A stretch of 64,000 nt of DNA from an uncultured archaeon (GTDB lineage Archaea > Asgardarchaeota > Thorarchaeia > Thorarchaeales > Thorarchaeaceae). Within the stretch, counting starts at the first letter, position 1. The number at the start of each line of letters is the position of its first letter. Of the stretch, positions 8,607 to 18,781 are shown piece by piece. The stretch covers positions 1 to 64,000 of the forward strand of contig CAZSWP010000008.1 in assembly GCA_964610875.1 (NCBI GenBank), given 5' to 3'. The position numbers and the translations under genes were made by a program. The notes under the pieces are model-generated. The model was not told the origin of the DNA and ran no database searches. It saw nothing but the letters and a program-made list of their open reading frames with translations.

Positions 8607-10892
8607 GTGGAACATGTGTTTTCATGCACTAAATGCGGTCTCTCTCTACATATTGAACATGCTACAATTCAAGATAAAATCTTGACTCTAAATGTTAGGT
8701 GTCTGAATGGCCATAAAGGAGTGCGAAGGATAGCTGAACATCAGGCGAACGAAATAGCTGGTGATGTTTTTAGTAGAATGTTGACCTGCCTTGAATGTGG
8801 AAGGGATATGAGTCAGCTTGGTACGGATATTCATGAGGGCATCGCTGAGAGTATTTTTCTCTGTCCGGTCCATGGCCCTCAGGTAAGAGAATTTCCCTCG
8901 CAATATCTTGGCCCTATTACTATAGCCGCGTCTGATGTGGATCCCACCCAAGCAATATTGGACTCCTTTCATTGTCCTGAATGTGGTCAGCTCTCAGCAA
9001 TAAGTGAGATAGAGTCGCGTAATGGAATGTTAGTAATGGAGCTAAGATGCGCAAATGGACACAAATCGAAACGATACATTCCAAGTCAATTAGATGAATC
9101 AATAATGAAGAAATTACTCCAGCGACTGGTCAATTGTGATAAATGTGGATTGCCTGGTCATATTGCAGATTCTGAAGATAGAAGAAAGGCAACCCGTCTT
9201 CATGTGGTTTGTCCAACTCACGGGATAACAAAGAAAGACATTCCATCAGATTTTGAGGAGCAAGTTAAGGAAGCAGTATCTGAGATTCCTGATGATGCAG
9301 TTGTCAGAGCCATGCTTACAACCACTAATTGCAGATTACCTTTGGCAATAATAAGCATCGAAGACCATAAGATGGGTTACAAGTTCAAAACTGAATGTCC
9401 TGGTGGTGGTTCCGTTCCTGATATGATTGTACAAATGAAATGGAATGAACCTACAAATCGTCTAATAACAAAGAGTCTACTGACTTGCGGTGAATGTGGT
9501 CTGCTCACTCATATTCTTGATGTTCGCAAGAGGAGAAAAGCCACTGAATTTCGAATTGTGTGTCCGATTCATGGTGTCATGAAACGGGATGTTTCACGGG
9601 ACATATTCGATATTATCAGAGAAGAAGAACCAAAGTTGGATCGAATTCCATCAATCATTCGTTCTATGAACTGTACCAAGTGTAACAGTACACTCTATCT
9701 AAGAGATGTTGAAGAAAAGCGGGGTCTGATTGAGTTCGAGTTAGATGATAAGAATGGACATCGAACAAAGAGATTCTTCGTACCCAAGTTACCAAAGGAA
9801 ACACTAGTTGATGTTTACAAGAACATGTTTCAATGTCCTGAATGTCATAATCCTCTTGACTTGGTATATACTACACCTGGCAGTCGTGAATCAAGAGTTG
9901 TATTGCTGTGCTCTCTACATGGCAAATATGTTTTGGACGTCCCTCATGACCATGCGGAAGCTTACAAACTAGCATATGATGAAATTCTGCAGGATAGGGC
10001 AAAACCCCCTGAAGAAGCAATTGAAGAAGAACCTAAAATGGAACTTGAACCAGAGGTCAAATCTATAGATACACTGCGTCCCGGTATCCATGTGTTCAGA
10101 GGTTGTGAGATAATCGGAGGTAAATTCGATTATAAAGTGAAGATACAGAATGACACAGAATATGTGATAACCAATGTCACTGTGAGTATCGTAGCATACC
10201 CAATGGATTGTATGGATCTTGGTGGAGAGAGCGTTAAGACAATCTCAAGAATAGAGGTAGGTGGATTCAGAAGTCCACAATTCACGTTCTATCCTACAAA
10301 AGACTGTGTGCAGGGAAAAGTAGTAGCAACGGTTTCTTACATTGACTTCAAGGATCAATTACATACCTTACAGGTTGAGCCCTACATCATCCGTTCTGTA
10401 TGTGATCTTTTACAACCCTCTGAAAAATCTACAAAAGAATTCGATATGATTCTAGGATCTTTGACGGAAACCCATCAAGAACAGACCTTAGACTGGAATC
10501 CGCAGGTTCTCTTCACTAAAGCTGAGAAACTATTGCCTGCAAAGAATTTCCACATTGTCGACAAGGAAGAGAAGATTGCTGGTGGCCAATTCATTGGAAC
10601 ACTACGTGGATTTGCTGAAGGAAAGTATACCCAAAAGAAAGTTGCAGTAGTATTCCTCATTACCGGTCCCGAGCACGGTCGTCACGCATCATTGAAAGTT
10701 GAGGCATTAGGTGAAGATATTGCAATGCTCCCAACAACTATTGATGAGCTAGCGGACACAATGGACTCATGGATATGCTTGCGATGTGGTGCTCCTTTGC
10801 TTCCTGAACAGATAGAAGAGTTAGGAAAAAGAACACCAATACGATGTGTATATTGTTCTCATACTCTTACAATTGCATTGTATCTAAAATGA
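8607..10892 (+). CDS. Multi-Zn-ribbon repeat protein with Ig-like + platform (appendage-like) domains and C-terminal Zn ribbon
   Basis: Eight CxxC...CxxGH/CxxHG units (two degenerate), acidic linker, beta-rich domain, alpha/beta domain, terminal CLRC...CVYC. Confidence 0.75.
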   Translation: MEHVFSCTKCGLSLHIEHATIQDKILTLNVRCLNGHKGVRRIAEHQANEIAGDVFSRMLTCLECGRDMSQLGTDIHEGIAESIFLCPVHGPQVREFPSQYLGPITIAASDVDPTQAILDSFHCPECGQLSAISEIESRNGMLVMELRCANGHKSKRYIPSQLDESIMKKLLQRLVNCDKCGLPGHIADSEDRRKATRLHVVCPTHGITKKDIPSDFEEQVKEAVSEIPDDAVVRAMLTTTNCRLPLAIISIEDHKMGYKFKTECPGGGSVPDMIVQMKWNEPTNRLITKSLLTCGECGLLTHILDVRKRRKATEFRIVCPIHGVMKRDVSRDIFDIIREEEPKLDRIPSIIRSMNCTKCNSTLYLRDVEEKRGLIEFELDDKNGHRTKRFFVPKLPKETLVDVYKNMFQCPECHNPLDLVYTTPGSRESRVVLLCSLHGKYVLDVPHDHAEAYKLAYDEILQDRAKPPEEAIEEEPKMELEPEVKSIDTLRPGIHVFRGCEIIGGKFDYKVKIQNDTEYVITNVTVSIVAYPMDCMDLGGESVKTISRIEVGGFRSPQFTFYPTKDCVQGKVVATVSYIDFKDQLHTLQVEPYIIRSVCDLLQPSEKSTKEFDMILGSLTETHQEQTLDWNPQVLFTKAEKLLPAKNFHIVDKEEKIAGGQFIGTLRGFAEGKYTQKKVAVVFLITGPEHGRHASLKVEALGEDIAMLPTTIDELADTMDSWICLRCGAPLLPEQIEELGKRTPIRCVYCSHTLTIALYLK

Positions 10893-10899
10893 GAAAATT

Positions 10900-11466
10900 C
10901 TAAAGACCTTGCCATTCTACAGAAGTATTTTCCTTTACCTTGAGGTGAGTAAATATTCTATCTAGTAGACCATCAACAAGTTCGTCTACATTCTCGGGCT
11001 TATGCCAGAATGCTGGACTAGCTGGGAATATAATACCTCCAGCTTGAGTAACACTTTCCATGTTTCTGATATGGATAAGGTTCAGCGGGGTCTCTCGAAC
11101 CAATAACACTAATGGTCGTCTTTCCTTAAGTGCACAATCTGAAGCTCGTGCGACCAAATTGTCTGCATATCCCTGAGCAATACCTGCAAGTGTTTTCATA
11201 GAACATGGTGCTATCAATACAGAATCAATATGGAAACTACCACTAGCTGGTCCTGCTGCTAAATCATCTTCTTCATAGGAGAAATCGGCTTCTTTCTTGA
11301 GGGCTTCTGCTTTCATGTCAAGTTCATGTTCTAGTGTTTTCTCTCCCCATTTACTGATTATAAGATGGACTTCATGTCCCATCTTCTTCAAGAGACGCAG
11401 CGCCCTTAACCCGTATATTGCACCACTTGCACCGGTAAGACATAGAAGAACTTTCTTCTTTGACAT
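10900..11466 (-). CDS. ubiX: Flavin prenyltransferase
   Basis: TGASGAIYG, ASGS, APCSMKTL, LKERRPLVL, RETPL, PAFW. Confidence 0.95.
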   Translation of the reverse strand: MSKKKVLLCLTGASGAIYGLRALRLLKKMGHEVHLIISKWGEKTLEHELDMKAEALKKEADFSYEEDDLAAGPASGSFHIDSVLIAPCSMKTLAGIAQGYADNLVARASDCALKERRPLVLLVRETPLNLIHIRNMESVTQAGGIIFPASPAFWHKPENVDELVDGLLDRIFTHLKVKENTSVEWQGL

Positions 11467-11526
11467 TTAGTAAGACCTCCGCAGTTGTGTGAATCCTCAT
11501 TCAAGACATATCTTCTTTCCGGAAGC

Positions 11527-13374
11527 TCATAGAAATCCAGAAAGAAATATAGAGAAGAGAAAAGCTAATCCCCCTGCTGCGAGTCCTATACGTTTCGCGA
11601 TATCTGCAGCTTCAACAATATTTTGTGTTAATGTATCAAAACCGCGTTCACCAAATGTACAAAGGTCTGGTACTGTTCTAGATGTGATTCCAACGGTCAC
11701 TGATCTGACTTCATTTAGAGCTCTCTTTGCAGAATCAACAATTGAATCGATGACTGGTTGTGGTTTTTGACTTCCTACAGGCGGGTATCCTCTGCTTGAC
11801 AAAGAAACAGCGTTTACAACATGTGTATCTGTCGTAAGGATCTCTGCGGCATCATATCCGACTTTCTTCAGTGCATCAATCACTTTCTCTCTAAAACCCG
11901 GACAGACGTTATTTCCATCTACAGTCACAAATCCGACTTTCTTTTCATCACTAATGAATGCTAATGTTACTATTCCACCTGGTCCTATACCTTCTTCTAT
12001 CCCTAGATTCTCTGGATGCATACTGTATATTCCTAATTTCAATCTGCTAGGACTTTCTTTCCATGCATTATTCAGTCCTCTAGAGACCCCTTCTATGTAT
12101 TCTTGTTCTTCGGGGTCTCCGGGCATCACTGATACCGCATCATCATCAATTGAGTTATGAGCGTCAACAACTGCAATTACATCTAGTTCGGGAATTTGTT
12201 GTTTAGCTTGACTGATTGCATTGTTTCCTACTTCTAATGCAATATCGTCAGTAAATGCTGGTGCTGTTGTACTAATAACGACTGCATTCTTTCCAGCAAC
12301 CAGTGTCCATGTCTTGAATTTTCCACTATCCTCCCACAGTGGACCAACTAACATTTCTTTAGCTTCAAGAGTAGTAATTGCTTCATCTATTATTTGAAAT
12401 ATTCTTTCAAAATCCTCTTTGTTTGTAAGATTTTGATGATGTGTACATGCGCCATGAAACACGAATGCGGGTATGGCATGTTTCTGTTCAATATGTGAAA
12501 TCACAGCTGAAGGCAAGTCGCTGCTACCAATATCTCTGAATGGTCCTGGATGAATATGTAGTACAACACCAGCAGCATAAAGAGAATCATTGTTGTCTCT
12601 AACCGCAATCACTTCTATGGGAATGTCCTGCTTGATACCAATTTGTGTCAGAACCTTTTCCATTGGTGTTGGATTCTCCATGAGATAATCGTATCCAAAT
12701 GCTCTTAGTAGATCTGGACCGTTTATACCGAGGTCTCTCTCAAACGGTTTGCTTACTGCTCTGAAAATCCACCATATTGCTATCGAATCTACTATCAGAA
12801 TTATTGGGATTACAATATACCACAGTGGAGTAATCTCTGGAAGTGTTGGTGATATGGTTCGAAGAGCGAAATAAGATACTATCCAAACCAGCTGGGGCAT
12901 TGCTGCTCCAATGAAATTACGTATCGGGTGATAGTCACTAAGACCATTGATTAGAAAACCTGATAGAAGATAGGAACTAGCTAATCCGACTAGCCAAGCC
13001 TTTCCTTCAATATATGTTACTCCCAGAATAAGATCAAAGAGTCCTCCAATGCATGCCAATGCAAACCAAAGGAGTGTTCCAAATTGAACTGAACCAAGAG
13101 TCCTTCGGGCATCAAGGGGCGAGTCCTTTTTCCTCACAACCAGAAAAAGCAATCCACTCCCTAAAGACGCAGTCGTCCCCAGAAATATGAAATAATGCAC
13201 ATAACTTACGAAGAAATCATTAGATGATGGTCCTAGCAACCTAAACAACGATAAGATGAATGACGAAACTATCACCATCAATGCCAATCTGAGTACTATA
13301 CCACGATATGTAGGAAGTTGCCATACCTTAGAATAGAGGCTTACTGTTTCTTTAACTTTGGCTTTTTCGCCCAA
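11527..13374 (-). CDS. DUF2070 family membrane protein
   Basis: N-terminal TM block; HPGPFRDIGSS, HGACTH, DAHN, DGNN, TTDTH motifs; C-terminal TM. Confidence 0.85.
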   Translation of the reverse strand: MGEKAKVKETVSLYSKVWQLPTYRGIVLRLALMVIVSSFILSLFRLLGPSSNDFFVSYVHYFIFLGTTASLGSGLLFLVVRKKDSPLDARRTLGSVQFGTLLWFALACIGGLFDLILGVTYIEGKAWLVGLASSYLLSGFLINGLSDYHPIRNFIGAAMPQLVWIVSYFALRTISPTLPEITPLWYIVIPIILIVDSIAIWWIFRAVSKPFERDLGINGPDLLRAFGYDYLMENPTPMEKVLTQIGIKQDIPIEVIAVRDNNDSLYAAGVVLHIHPGPFRDIGSSDLPSAVISHIEQKHAIPAFVFHGACTHHQNLTNKEDFERIFQIIDEAITTLEAKEMLVGPLWEDSGKFKTWTLVAGKNAVVISTTAPAFTDDIALEVGNNAISQAKQQIPELDVIAVVDAHNSIDDDAVSVMPGDPEEQEYIEGVSRGLNNAWKESPSRLKLGIYSMHPENLGIEEGIGPGGIVTLAFISDEKKVGFVTVDGNNVCPGFREKVIDALKKVGYDAAEILTTDTHVVNAVSLSSRGYPPVGSQKPQPVIDSIVDSAKRALNEVRSVTVGITSRTVPDLCTFGERGFDTLTQNIVEAADIAKRIGLAAGGLAFLFSIFLSGFL

Positions 13375-13467
13375 TGAATCACCCGCTCTTTGGTTTGGAA
13401 TTTGCTTTTTTCAGGTCTTATCAAAGTTGTCTTTTCACAGCTGAAAACTGCATGTGCCATTAAGTTT

Positions 13468-13495
13468 ATATCGTATTCGATATCGCATTCGATAT
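13468..13495. promoter_or_regulatory. Tandem overlapping inverted repeats, candidate PadR operator
   Basis: ATATCG-TATT-CGATAT (13468-13483) and ATATCG-CATT-CGATAT (13480-13495), overlapping TTTATA upstream of the PadR gene. Confidence 0.7.
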
Positions 13496-13541
13496 TAGAC
13501 TGAGCGTGAGTTATATGAATCCAACAGGCGAGAAAATTAAG

Positions 13542-14033
13542 ATGCCCCATCATATACCTCGCGGTCTGCTTGGCTTTTTGATTCTTCGTCTTCTAGAAGA
13601 AGGAAATAAAACTGGTTCTGAAATAATGGATGTTCTATATGAACGTAGCAAAAAAACCTGGAAGCCAAGCCCTGGTTCTATATATCCTCTTCTTTCATCA
13701 ATGGAAGAAGCGGGATTGATCGAAATTGTTGAGGAGCATGGCCGGAGTAAGGTCTATGGTCTTACTGACAAAGGTGATGAGAAAATCAAACACTCATTCA
13801 AGAAGAAGGGACGATTGCATGAACGTGCAAATCTTGGGCCAAGATTATGGCATCAACTCTTAACACCATCAGACCAGATTCGTTTTCATGCAGGAGGCCT
13901 TGAAGCACATATAGCAACCCTGTTTGAATCGATTGATACCTTGAATCAAACTCAGAAGAACAACCTCCTCTGTATTATAGACAAGAACATTGAGGCTTTG
14001 AAAGAACTACGAGATGCTTTGGAAGGAGACTAA
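13542..14033 (+). CDS. PadR family transcriptional regulator
   Basis: RGLL..LIL.LL, G.EIM, WKPSPGSIYPLL, KVYGLTDKG. Confidence 0.9.
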   Translation: MPHHIPRGLLGFLILRLLEEGNKTGSEIMDVLYERSKKTWKPSPGSIYPLLSSMEEAGLIEIVEEHGRSKVYGLTDKGDEKIKHSFKKKGRLHERANLGPRLWHQLLTPSDQIRFHAGGLEAHIATLFESIDTLNQTQKNNLLCIIDKNIEALKELRDALEGD

Positions 14034-15881
14034 ATGATGAGCCGAAACAATGGTGGAGATACCGTACAAAGAACTTCCGGACGATACATGTTAGGTGGAC
14101 TAATGAAAAACAAGGGAGTCATTTCCTTTGCTCTTATACTTACAATAATTTCTCAGTTACTACTAATAATACCGAGTCTAATACTCGGATTTGCGATTGA
14201 TGAACTCACAATAAATGGGATGAGTGCGCAGTTTACACTCTACGTAGTGGAGATTATCATATTAGCTCTAATATACATGGGAATGTATTTTGTAGTTGGT
14301 TATGTCTGGGCTGTTGTCACCTTGCGATGGGAACGTGACGCTCGACAAGATTTCTTCGAACGATTACAGGAATACAGTATGACATTTCACGATGAGGTAG
14401 ACAGCAAGAAGTTACTCTCGGTTGCTATGCAAGATATCCGGTGGGTACGATTCTCTCTTAATCCTGCATTACGTAACATTGCTGGGGGGTTTGCAACTTT
14501 TGCCATAACAGGAATTTTCCTCGCAATGATTGACTTGACACCCAGCTTTCTTGGATTTGTCACACTATTCAGAATTCCAATCCCCATACTCACCACAATC
14601 ATTCTAATTGGCACACCTCTATACTTGATATTTGCTTATCGTTACGCAAATGCAGTTGAACCAGTGCGCAGAAAAAGATCTGAAGACATGGAGCATCTGA
14701 CACAAGCTACTCAAGGTGTATTCACAGGAATTGAAGTTGTACGTGCTTTTGGTGCAGAAGATGTAGAAGAGGAGAAATTCGAAAAAATAAGCAAGGAATA
14801 TCGCGATTCAGTTGCTAGAGAAGGGAAATTAGCTGCTTTTTACATACCTGCTCTCATTCTGATTGGCATGATATCCGTTGCATTTTTTGTTGGAGCAAAC
14901 GCTGTGTGGGCAGGAGCTCTTACAATTGGAACACTTACTCAGATTCTTGCTCTTCTAGTTTCCCTTGAGGGTTTCAATTTCATGCTACCTCGAATGCTTC
15001 TCGTTCTTCGCGGAGGATACGTAAATGCACAAAGAGTAGTAAATATCCTAAACTGGGAAGACCCAATGAGTGAACCAGAAGTTGAAGCGAAATCCGTTGA
15101 TTGGTTAGGTGACATTGAGTTCAAAAATGTGAGCTTCAAATATAGTTCTGAATTGGATCATTATGCATTGAAAGATTTCAACATAAGGATACCTGCAGGG
15201 TCTAGAGTTGCACTAATTGGAGGCCCGGGTGGTGGAAAAAGTACGATCTTGAAATTATTGCTTCGACTCTATGATCCTTCTAAAGGTGAAATCACAGTAG
15301 GTGGAGTGAATCTTAGAAATATATGCACTGAAACAGTAAGAGATGCTGTTGGTATGGTTGAACAAGATATTTTCTTGTTTAGGATGTCTGTGAAAGATAA
15401 CATTGCTTTTGGTCGTTCAACTGCTACGGATGAAGAAATTATAGAAGCTGCAAAGAGAGCTCAGGCTCATGAATTCATTGTGGAGCTACCAGAACAATAT
15501 GACTCTATGATTGGCGAACGTGGAATGACATTAAGCGGAGGTCAAAGACAACGGTTAGCAATCGCCAGAGCAATAATCCAAGATCCAAAGATACTCCTTC
15601 TGGATGATTCAGTAAGCGCTGTTGATGCAAAGACCGAATTTCTACTTAGAAAGGCATTACGTGAAGTTATGAAAGGTCGTACCAGCATAACTGTGACTCA
15701 AAGACTTAGAACACTGATTGAATCGGATCTTGTCATAATAGTTGAAAAGGGCAAATTAGTTACAGCTGGCTGTCATGAGGACCTCCTGAGGGAATCTGAA
15801 TCATATAGAAAAATATTCGAAAGGTTGCCAGGTGCACAAGCACTTCTTGCAAGCGTTGCATCGAAGGAGGTTGGTGTATAA
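14034..15881 (+). CDS. ABC exporter, fused TMD-NBD (degenerate-site subunit)
   Basis: 6-TM domain, GGPGGGKS, LSGGQRQR, Walker B LLDD (no catalytic E), switch Q in TQRL. Confidence 0.92.
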   Translation: MMSRNNGGDTVQRTSGRYMLGGLMKNKGVISFALILTIISQLLLIIPSLILGFAIDELTINGMSAQFTLYVVEIIILALIYMGMYFVVGYVWAVVTLRWERDARQDFFERLQEYSMTFHDEVDSKKLLSVAMQDIRWVRFSLNPALRNIAGGFATFAITGIFLAMIDLTPSFLGFVTLFRIPIPILTTIILIGTPLYLIFAYRYANAVEPVRRKRSEDMEHLTQATQGVFTGIEVVRAFGAEDVEEEKFEKISKEYRDSVAREGKLAAFYIPALILIGMISVAFFVGANAVWAGALTIGTLTQILALLVSLEGFNFMLPRMLLVLRGGYVNAQRVVNILNWEDPMSEPEVEAKSVDWLGDIEFKNVSFKYSSELDHYALKDFNIRIPAGSRVALIGGPGGGKSTILKLLLRLYDPSKGEITVGGVNLRNICTETVRDAVGMVEQDIFLFRMSVKDNIAFGRSTATDEEIIEAAKRAQAHEFIVELPEQYDSMIGERGMTLSGGQRQRLAIARAIIQDPKILLLDDSVSAVDAKTEFLLRKALREVMKGRTSITVTQRLRTLIESDLVIIVEKGKLVTAGCHEDLLRESESYRKIFERLPGAQALLASVASKEVGV

Positions 15882-15882
15882 A

Positions 15883-17922
15883 ATGGCGTTACATGGAAGA
15901 AGAGGACCCACTGTACTTGCAGGAGAACGTGAAAAGCCTAGTCGACCAGTTCGTGTTTTATTGAGGCGAATGATAAATTACCTTGGACAATTCAAAAGAA
16001 TTGTTGCAATAGGTGCGCTTTTCTCACTTATGGGGACCATTGTTGCGGTATTGGACCCTCTTATCCTTTCATGGGGCATTGATGCAGCATTTGACACACA
16101 AACTACATACCTCACAATCCTTTGGTTAGTAGGACTATATATAGCATTCAAGCTGATATCTTGGATATTTTCAAGCATCAATACATGGATACTTGCTGAT
16201 GCACAAGCTGGTTTCGTTCAAAATGTTCAGCACGACGTATATGATAATTTGATTCGAGCTGATTTATCATATCACAAATCTGAGCAGAGTGGCAATGTAA
16301 CTTCGAGAGTCACAACAGATACGGTTGATTTAGCAACAGGAATACAAGTAATTATAGACTTCACGAGTCAAGTATTGATGTTGGTATCCGCATTTCTACT
16401 GCTTTGGTGGGTTGCACCCTTACTTGCTTTGACATCATTAGTCATTGTTCCAGGTGTGGCATTCATTGCATGGTTATTCGGTACTGTTGGTCAAAGAATT
16501 ATGCTCGCTTCCCAACGAGCATATGGAAGAGTATCAGGACAAATTGCAGAGAATCTGAGTGGCATCCACATTGCAAAAGCATTCAACCGTGAGGATGAAT
16601 TGGCTGAGGAAATGATGGACCTTAATCAAAAGGCATACCGTCACGGTTTTCGTTTTATGATGCTTATGAGTGCAATGCAGCCGTTGGTAAGATCCATTGG
16701 TCAGTTTGCTCTAGCGGCAATGCTCTTTGTTGCTGGATCTCTTGCAACAGGTACAGCATCTAGCTTAACTATTGGGCAAGTGTTTTTGTCTATTATATTG
16801 ATTAGCAGATTTCTTTGGCCGTTATTAGCACTGACAATGATGGCAACCCAGGTTCAGGCATCATTAGCTGCAATGGATAGGGTATCTGATATTCTTGAAT
16901 CAGAGTCTACCATTGTTGACTCTGTAGAGGCAGCTCCACTATCTACAGAAAGCGATGGTATAAGCTTCGAGAATGTCACATTTGAATATATTGAGAACAC
17001 ACCCGTTTTGAAGGATGTAAGTTTCGAGATTACGCCGGGGCAAACAGTAGCTGTGGTAGGTCATACCGGTGCAGGAAAGACTACATTAGCTGCACTGATC
17101 AACCGTTTCTATGATCCAAACGAAGGGAGCATTAGGATTGGAGAGCAAGATCTTAGGTATGTCACCCTTGATTCACTCCGTGATACAATATCTCTGATTC
17201 CTCAAGAACCATATCTTTTCGACGACACAATACTTGAGAATATACGATATGGGAAGCCAGACGCATCCATTGATGAAATTATTGAACTCTGTAAATTGAT
17301 TGGAGCAAATGAGTTTATCGAAGTGCTTGCTGATGGATATGATACAAAAATCATTGAGGGTGGAAAGAATCTTAGTGCTGGTCAGAAGCAGATGATAACA
17401 ATTGCAAGGACCATGCTTGCTGATCCTAAAATACTCATCCTTGATGAAGCGACAAGCCGATTGGATGCATATAGTGAATCTCTTGTACAAGATGCACAAG
17501 CACTTCTTTTTGCTGAACGCACTACGGTTGTAATTGCTCATCGTCTAACAACTATTGCAGATGCTTCACGAGTATTCGTCTTTGAGAATGGTGAATTAAT
17601 TGAGCAGGGTACGCATAGAGAACTGTTAGAACTTGGAGGTGTATTCAAATCTCTCTATGACACATATTATGCTCATCAAGGTGTAGAGGAGATCACAGAA
17701 GAAACAGCAGCTCATGCAGCAGAGGTCTACAAAGAAGCACCAGCTGAAGCTGTTACTCATATTGGGGGGATAGGGTCCGGTTCTATGATGGGAATGGATG
17801 GTCATTCAGAAAGACTGACTCCCGAAATGATTGAAAGAATCAAGAAGAATCCAGAGCTGATTCCTAAAGAGCACAGAGAAAGAATTCTTGAAATGATCAC
17901 AAAACGAGAGAAGAGAGAATAG
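15883..17922 (+). CDS. ABC exporter, fused TMD-NBD (consensus-site subunit)
   Basis: GHTGAGKT, LSAGQKQ, ILDEAT, IAHRL; pairs with the upstream gene as a TM287/288-type heterodimer; GGAGG before ATG 15883. Confidence 0.92.
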   Translation: MALHGRRGPTVLAGEREKPSRPVRVLLRRMINYLGQFKRIVAIGALFSLMGTIVAVLDPLILSWGIDAAFDTQTTYLTILWLVGLYIAFKLISWIFSSINTWILADAQAGFVQNVQHDVYDNLIRADLSYHKSEQSGNVTSRVTTDTVDLATGIQVIIDFTSQVLMLVSAFLLLWWVAPLLALTSLVIVPGVAFIAWLFGTVGQRIMLASQRAYGRVSGQIAENLSGIHIAKAFNREDELAEEMMDLNQKAYRHGFRFMMLMSAMQPLVRSIGQFALAAMLFVAGSLATGTASSLTIGQVFLSIILISRFLWPLLALTMMATQVQASLAAMDRVSDILESESTIVDSVEAAPLSTESDGISFENVTFEYIENTPVLKDVSFEITPGQTVAVVGHTGAGKTTLAALINRFYDPNEGSIRIGEQDLRYVTLDSLRDTISLIPQEPYLFDDTILENIRYGKPDASIDEIIELCKLIGANEFIEVLADGYDTKIIEGGKNLSAGQKQMITIARTMLADPKILILDEATSRLDAYSESLVQDAQALLFAERTTVVIAHRLTTIADASRVFVFENGELIEQGTHRELLELGGVFKSLYDTYYAHQGVEEITEETAAHAAEVYKEAPAEAVTHIGGIGSGSMMGMDGHSERLTPEMIERIKKNPELIPKEHRERILEMITKREKRE

Positions 17923-17938
17923 AATATGTTCATAATTT

Positions 17939-18709
17939 CTATTCTATCTCTATTTTTCTTGAAACGACTAAAGCTGCAAGTTGTAGGAGATACCCGTTAG
18001 TAGCGAGTAACTGATCGAGAGCTCCTACAGTTTGTAGACCTGAAATGCACCAGACCACACTTCTTGCAAGTAAGAATAGTATGGATAAGAATAGTATACC
18101 AAAACTCCAGTTGTATTGTCCTCCACGATATAGAATCTGCAAGATAAGAGTAGAAACAAGAATGGATAGTAATGCTACACATATAGGTGCCATCAATAAT
18201 TGACCAACAAGAAGTCCGTTATTGTTTAGACCTACATCAAATGCAATTCCAACAAGTACAGGTACGACTGATGCCATTACGATAACAAGGGATAGAATTG
18301 CACTATCAAGGAAATGCAACACTTCATTTACCGATCTCAAATATGAGTGAGTTCCCAGTAGCCAAAGAAATATCCCACTTCCATGTAATATTGGAATTAT
18401 CAGAAATAAGGTTTCACCGCCAACTAGAATCAGTCCTAGTATCAAAACATCTGCTACACCAAACGCCAGAAGTCCAAGTGCAAAGAAAGCATTCATCATA
18501 TGCAATGGATCTTTCCTCAGGAATCCATCCTTTCGAATTATTAGCAGTCCAAATAAAGCAACTCCAAATGCTGCCAAAGGTGCCATCGTTGAAGCAGCAA
18601 ATAGTGCGGGAACGCCTTCTTCTATAGGATGAGTCAATATAACCAGGATAGAACCTAGAATGCCAATAACGAAAAGCAAACCGAGAGTTTTTTTCGATGG
18701 GATGCGCAA
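17939..18709 (-). CDS. Polytopic (about 8 TM) membrane protein
   Basis: Eight hydrophobic segments; GGAG upstream of the ATG. Confidence 0.75.
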   Translation of the reverse strand: MRIPSKKTLGLLFVIGILGSILVILTHPIEEGVPALFAASTMAPLAAFGVALFGLLIIRKDGFLRKDPLHMMNAFFALGLLAFGVADVLILGLILVGGETLFLIIPILHGSGIFLWLLGTHSYLRSVNEVLHFLDSAILSLVIVMASVVPVLVGIAFDVGLNNNGLLVGQLLMAPICVALLSILVSTLILQILYRGGQYNWSFGILFLSILFLLARSVVWCISGLQTVGALDQLLATNGYLLQLAALVVSRKIEIE

Positions 18710-18781
18710 CTACTTCTCAACTCCTGGAATTCGAGAAACTTTGCATATTTCTTCCCATTTGTATATTATTGCGGTCATTCA

